DNA of 62,809 bases, filler included, from Chiloscyllium plagiosum (lineage: Eukaryota), in the NCBI RefSeq assembly GCF_004010195.1. It is 5 parts of one record of this genome, joined end to end, with 100 filler letters (N's around TTAATTAATTAA, not from the genome) between each part and the next. Parts side by side here need not be neighbours in the genome. Positions count along the whole stretch, not along the records: positions 54,535 to 62,809 come from NC_057710.1; 4 more parts are not named here. The stretch is one strand, 5' to 3'. Shown here piece after piece: positions 62,120 through 62,809 of the stretch. The position numbers were made by a program, and so were the translations under genes. The stretch's first letter is position 1; each line of letters opens with the position of its first letter. Below the pieces are notes generated by a model. That model ran no database searches and had not been told where the DNA came from. It worked only from the letters and a program-made list of their open reading frames with translations.

Positions 62120-62809
62120 GATAGAGTCATAGAGTCATAAAGATGTACAGCATGGAAACAGACCCTTCGGTCCAACACATCCATGTCGACCAGATATCCT
62201 AACCCAATCTAGTCCTACCTGCCAGTACTCGACCCATATCCCTCCAAACCCTTCCTATTAACATACTCATCCAAATGCCTCTTCAATGTTGCAATTGTAC
62301 CAGCCTCCACCACATCCTCTGGCAGCTCATTCCATACACGTACCACCCTCTGCGTGACAAAGTTGCCCCTTAGGTCTCTTTTATATCTTTCCCCTCTCAC
62401 CATAAACCTATGCCCTCGAGTTCTGGACTCCCCGAACTCAGGGAAAAGACTTTGCCTATTTATCCTATCCATGCCCATCATAATTTTGGAAACCTCTATA
62501 AGGTCACCCCTCAGCCTCCGACGCTCCAGGGAAAACAGCCCCAGCCTGTTCAGCCTCTCCCTGTAGCTCCGATCTTCCAACCCTGGCAACATCCTTGTAA
62601 ATCTTTTCTGAATCCTTTCAAGTTTCACAACATTTTTCCGATAGGAAGGAGGCCAGAATTGCACACAATATTCCAACAGTGGCCTAAACAATGTCCTGTA
62701 CAGCCACAACATGACGTCCCAACTCCTGTACTCAATATTCTGACCAATAAAAGAAAGCATACCAAACGCCTTCTTCACTATCCTATCTACCTGCGACTCC
62801 ACTTTCAAG
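62120..62809 (-). mobile_element. Young CR1/HER1 LINE 3' end (open ORF2 C-terminus)
   Basis: Uninterrupted 197-aa ORF 62215-62808 with LYRTLFRPLLEYCVQFW and RRLRGDLIE. Confidence 0.93.

Overview
This is repeat-dense, apparently intergenic or intronic vertebrate DNA. The repeat inventory points to a shark or ray: HE1-type V-SINEs, CR1/HER1-type LINEs, L2 LINEs and several Penelope-like element (PLE) families. I could not identify any host protein-coding exon with confidence, and the recognisable ORFs are retroelement remnants. The most striking structure is a population of short PLE-terminus (pLTR) insertions from about four sequence families. They carry a minimal type-I hammerhead ribozyme motif (CUGAnGA, one extra nt, stem II, then GAAACGUC or GAAAGCUA). 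Many are fold-back palindromes bounded by roughly 12-16 bp target-site duplications (TSDs), e.g. 7090-7451, 18650-18874, 25824-26140, 30467-30669, 42686-42889 and 46976-47520. Also seen: a 165-bp local inverted duplication joined to a pLTR, a Gypsy RT fragment inside a CR1, and a Harbinger-like remnant. Four artificial N44-TTAATTAATTAA-N44 scaffold linkers mean contiguity across those points is unproven. All family names come from by-eye motif recognition, not database searches, and boundaries of old repeats are approximate.
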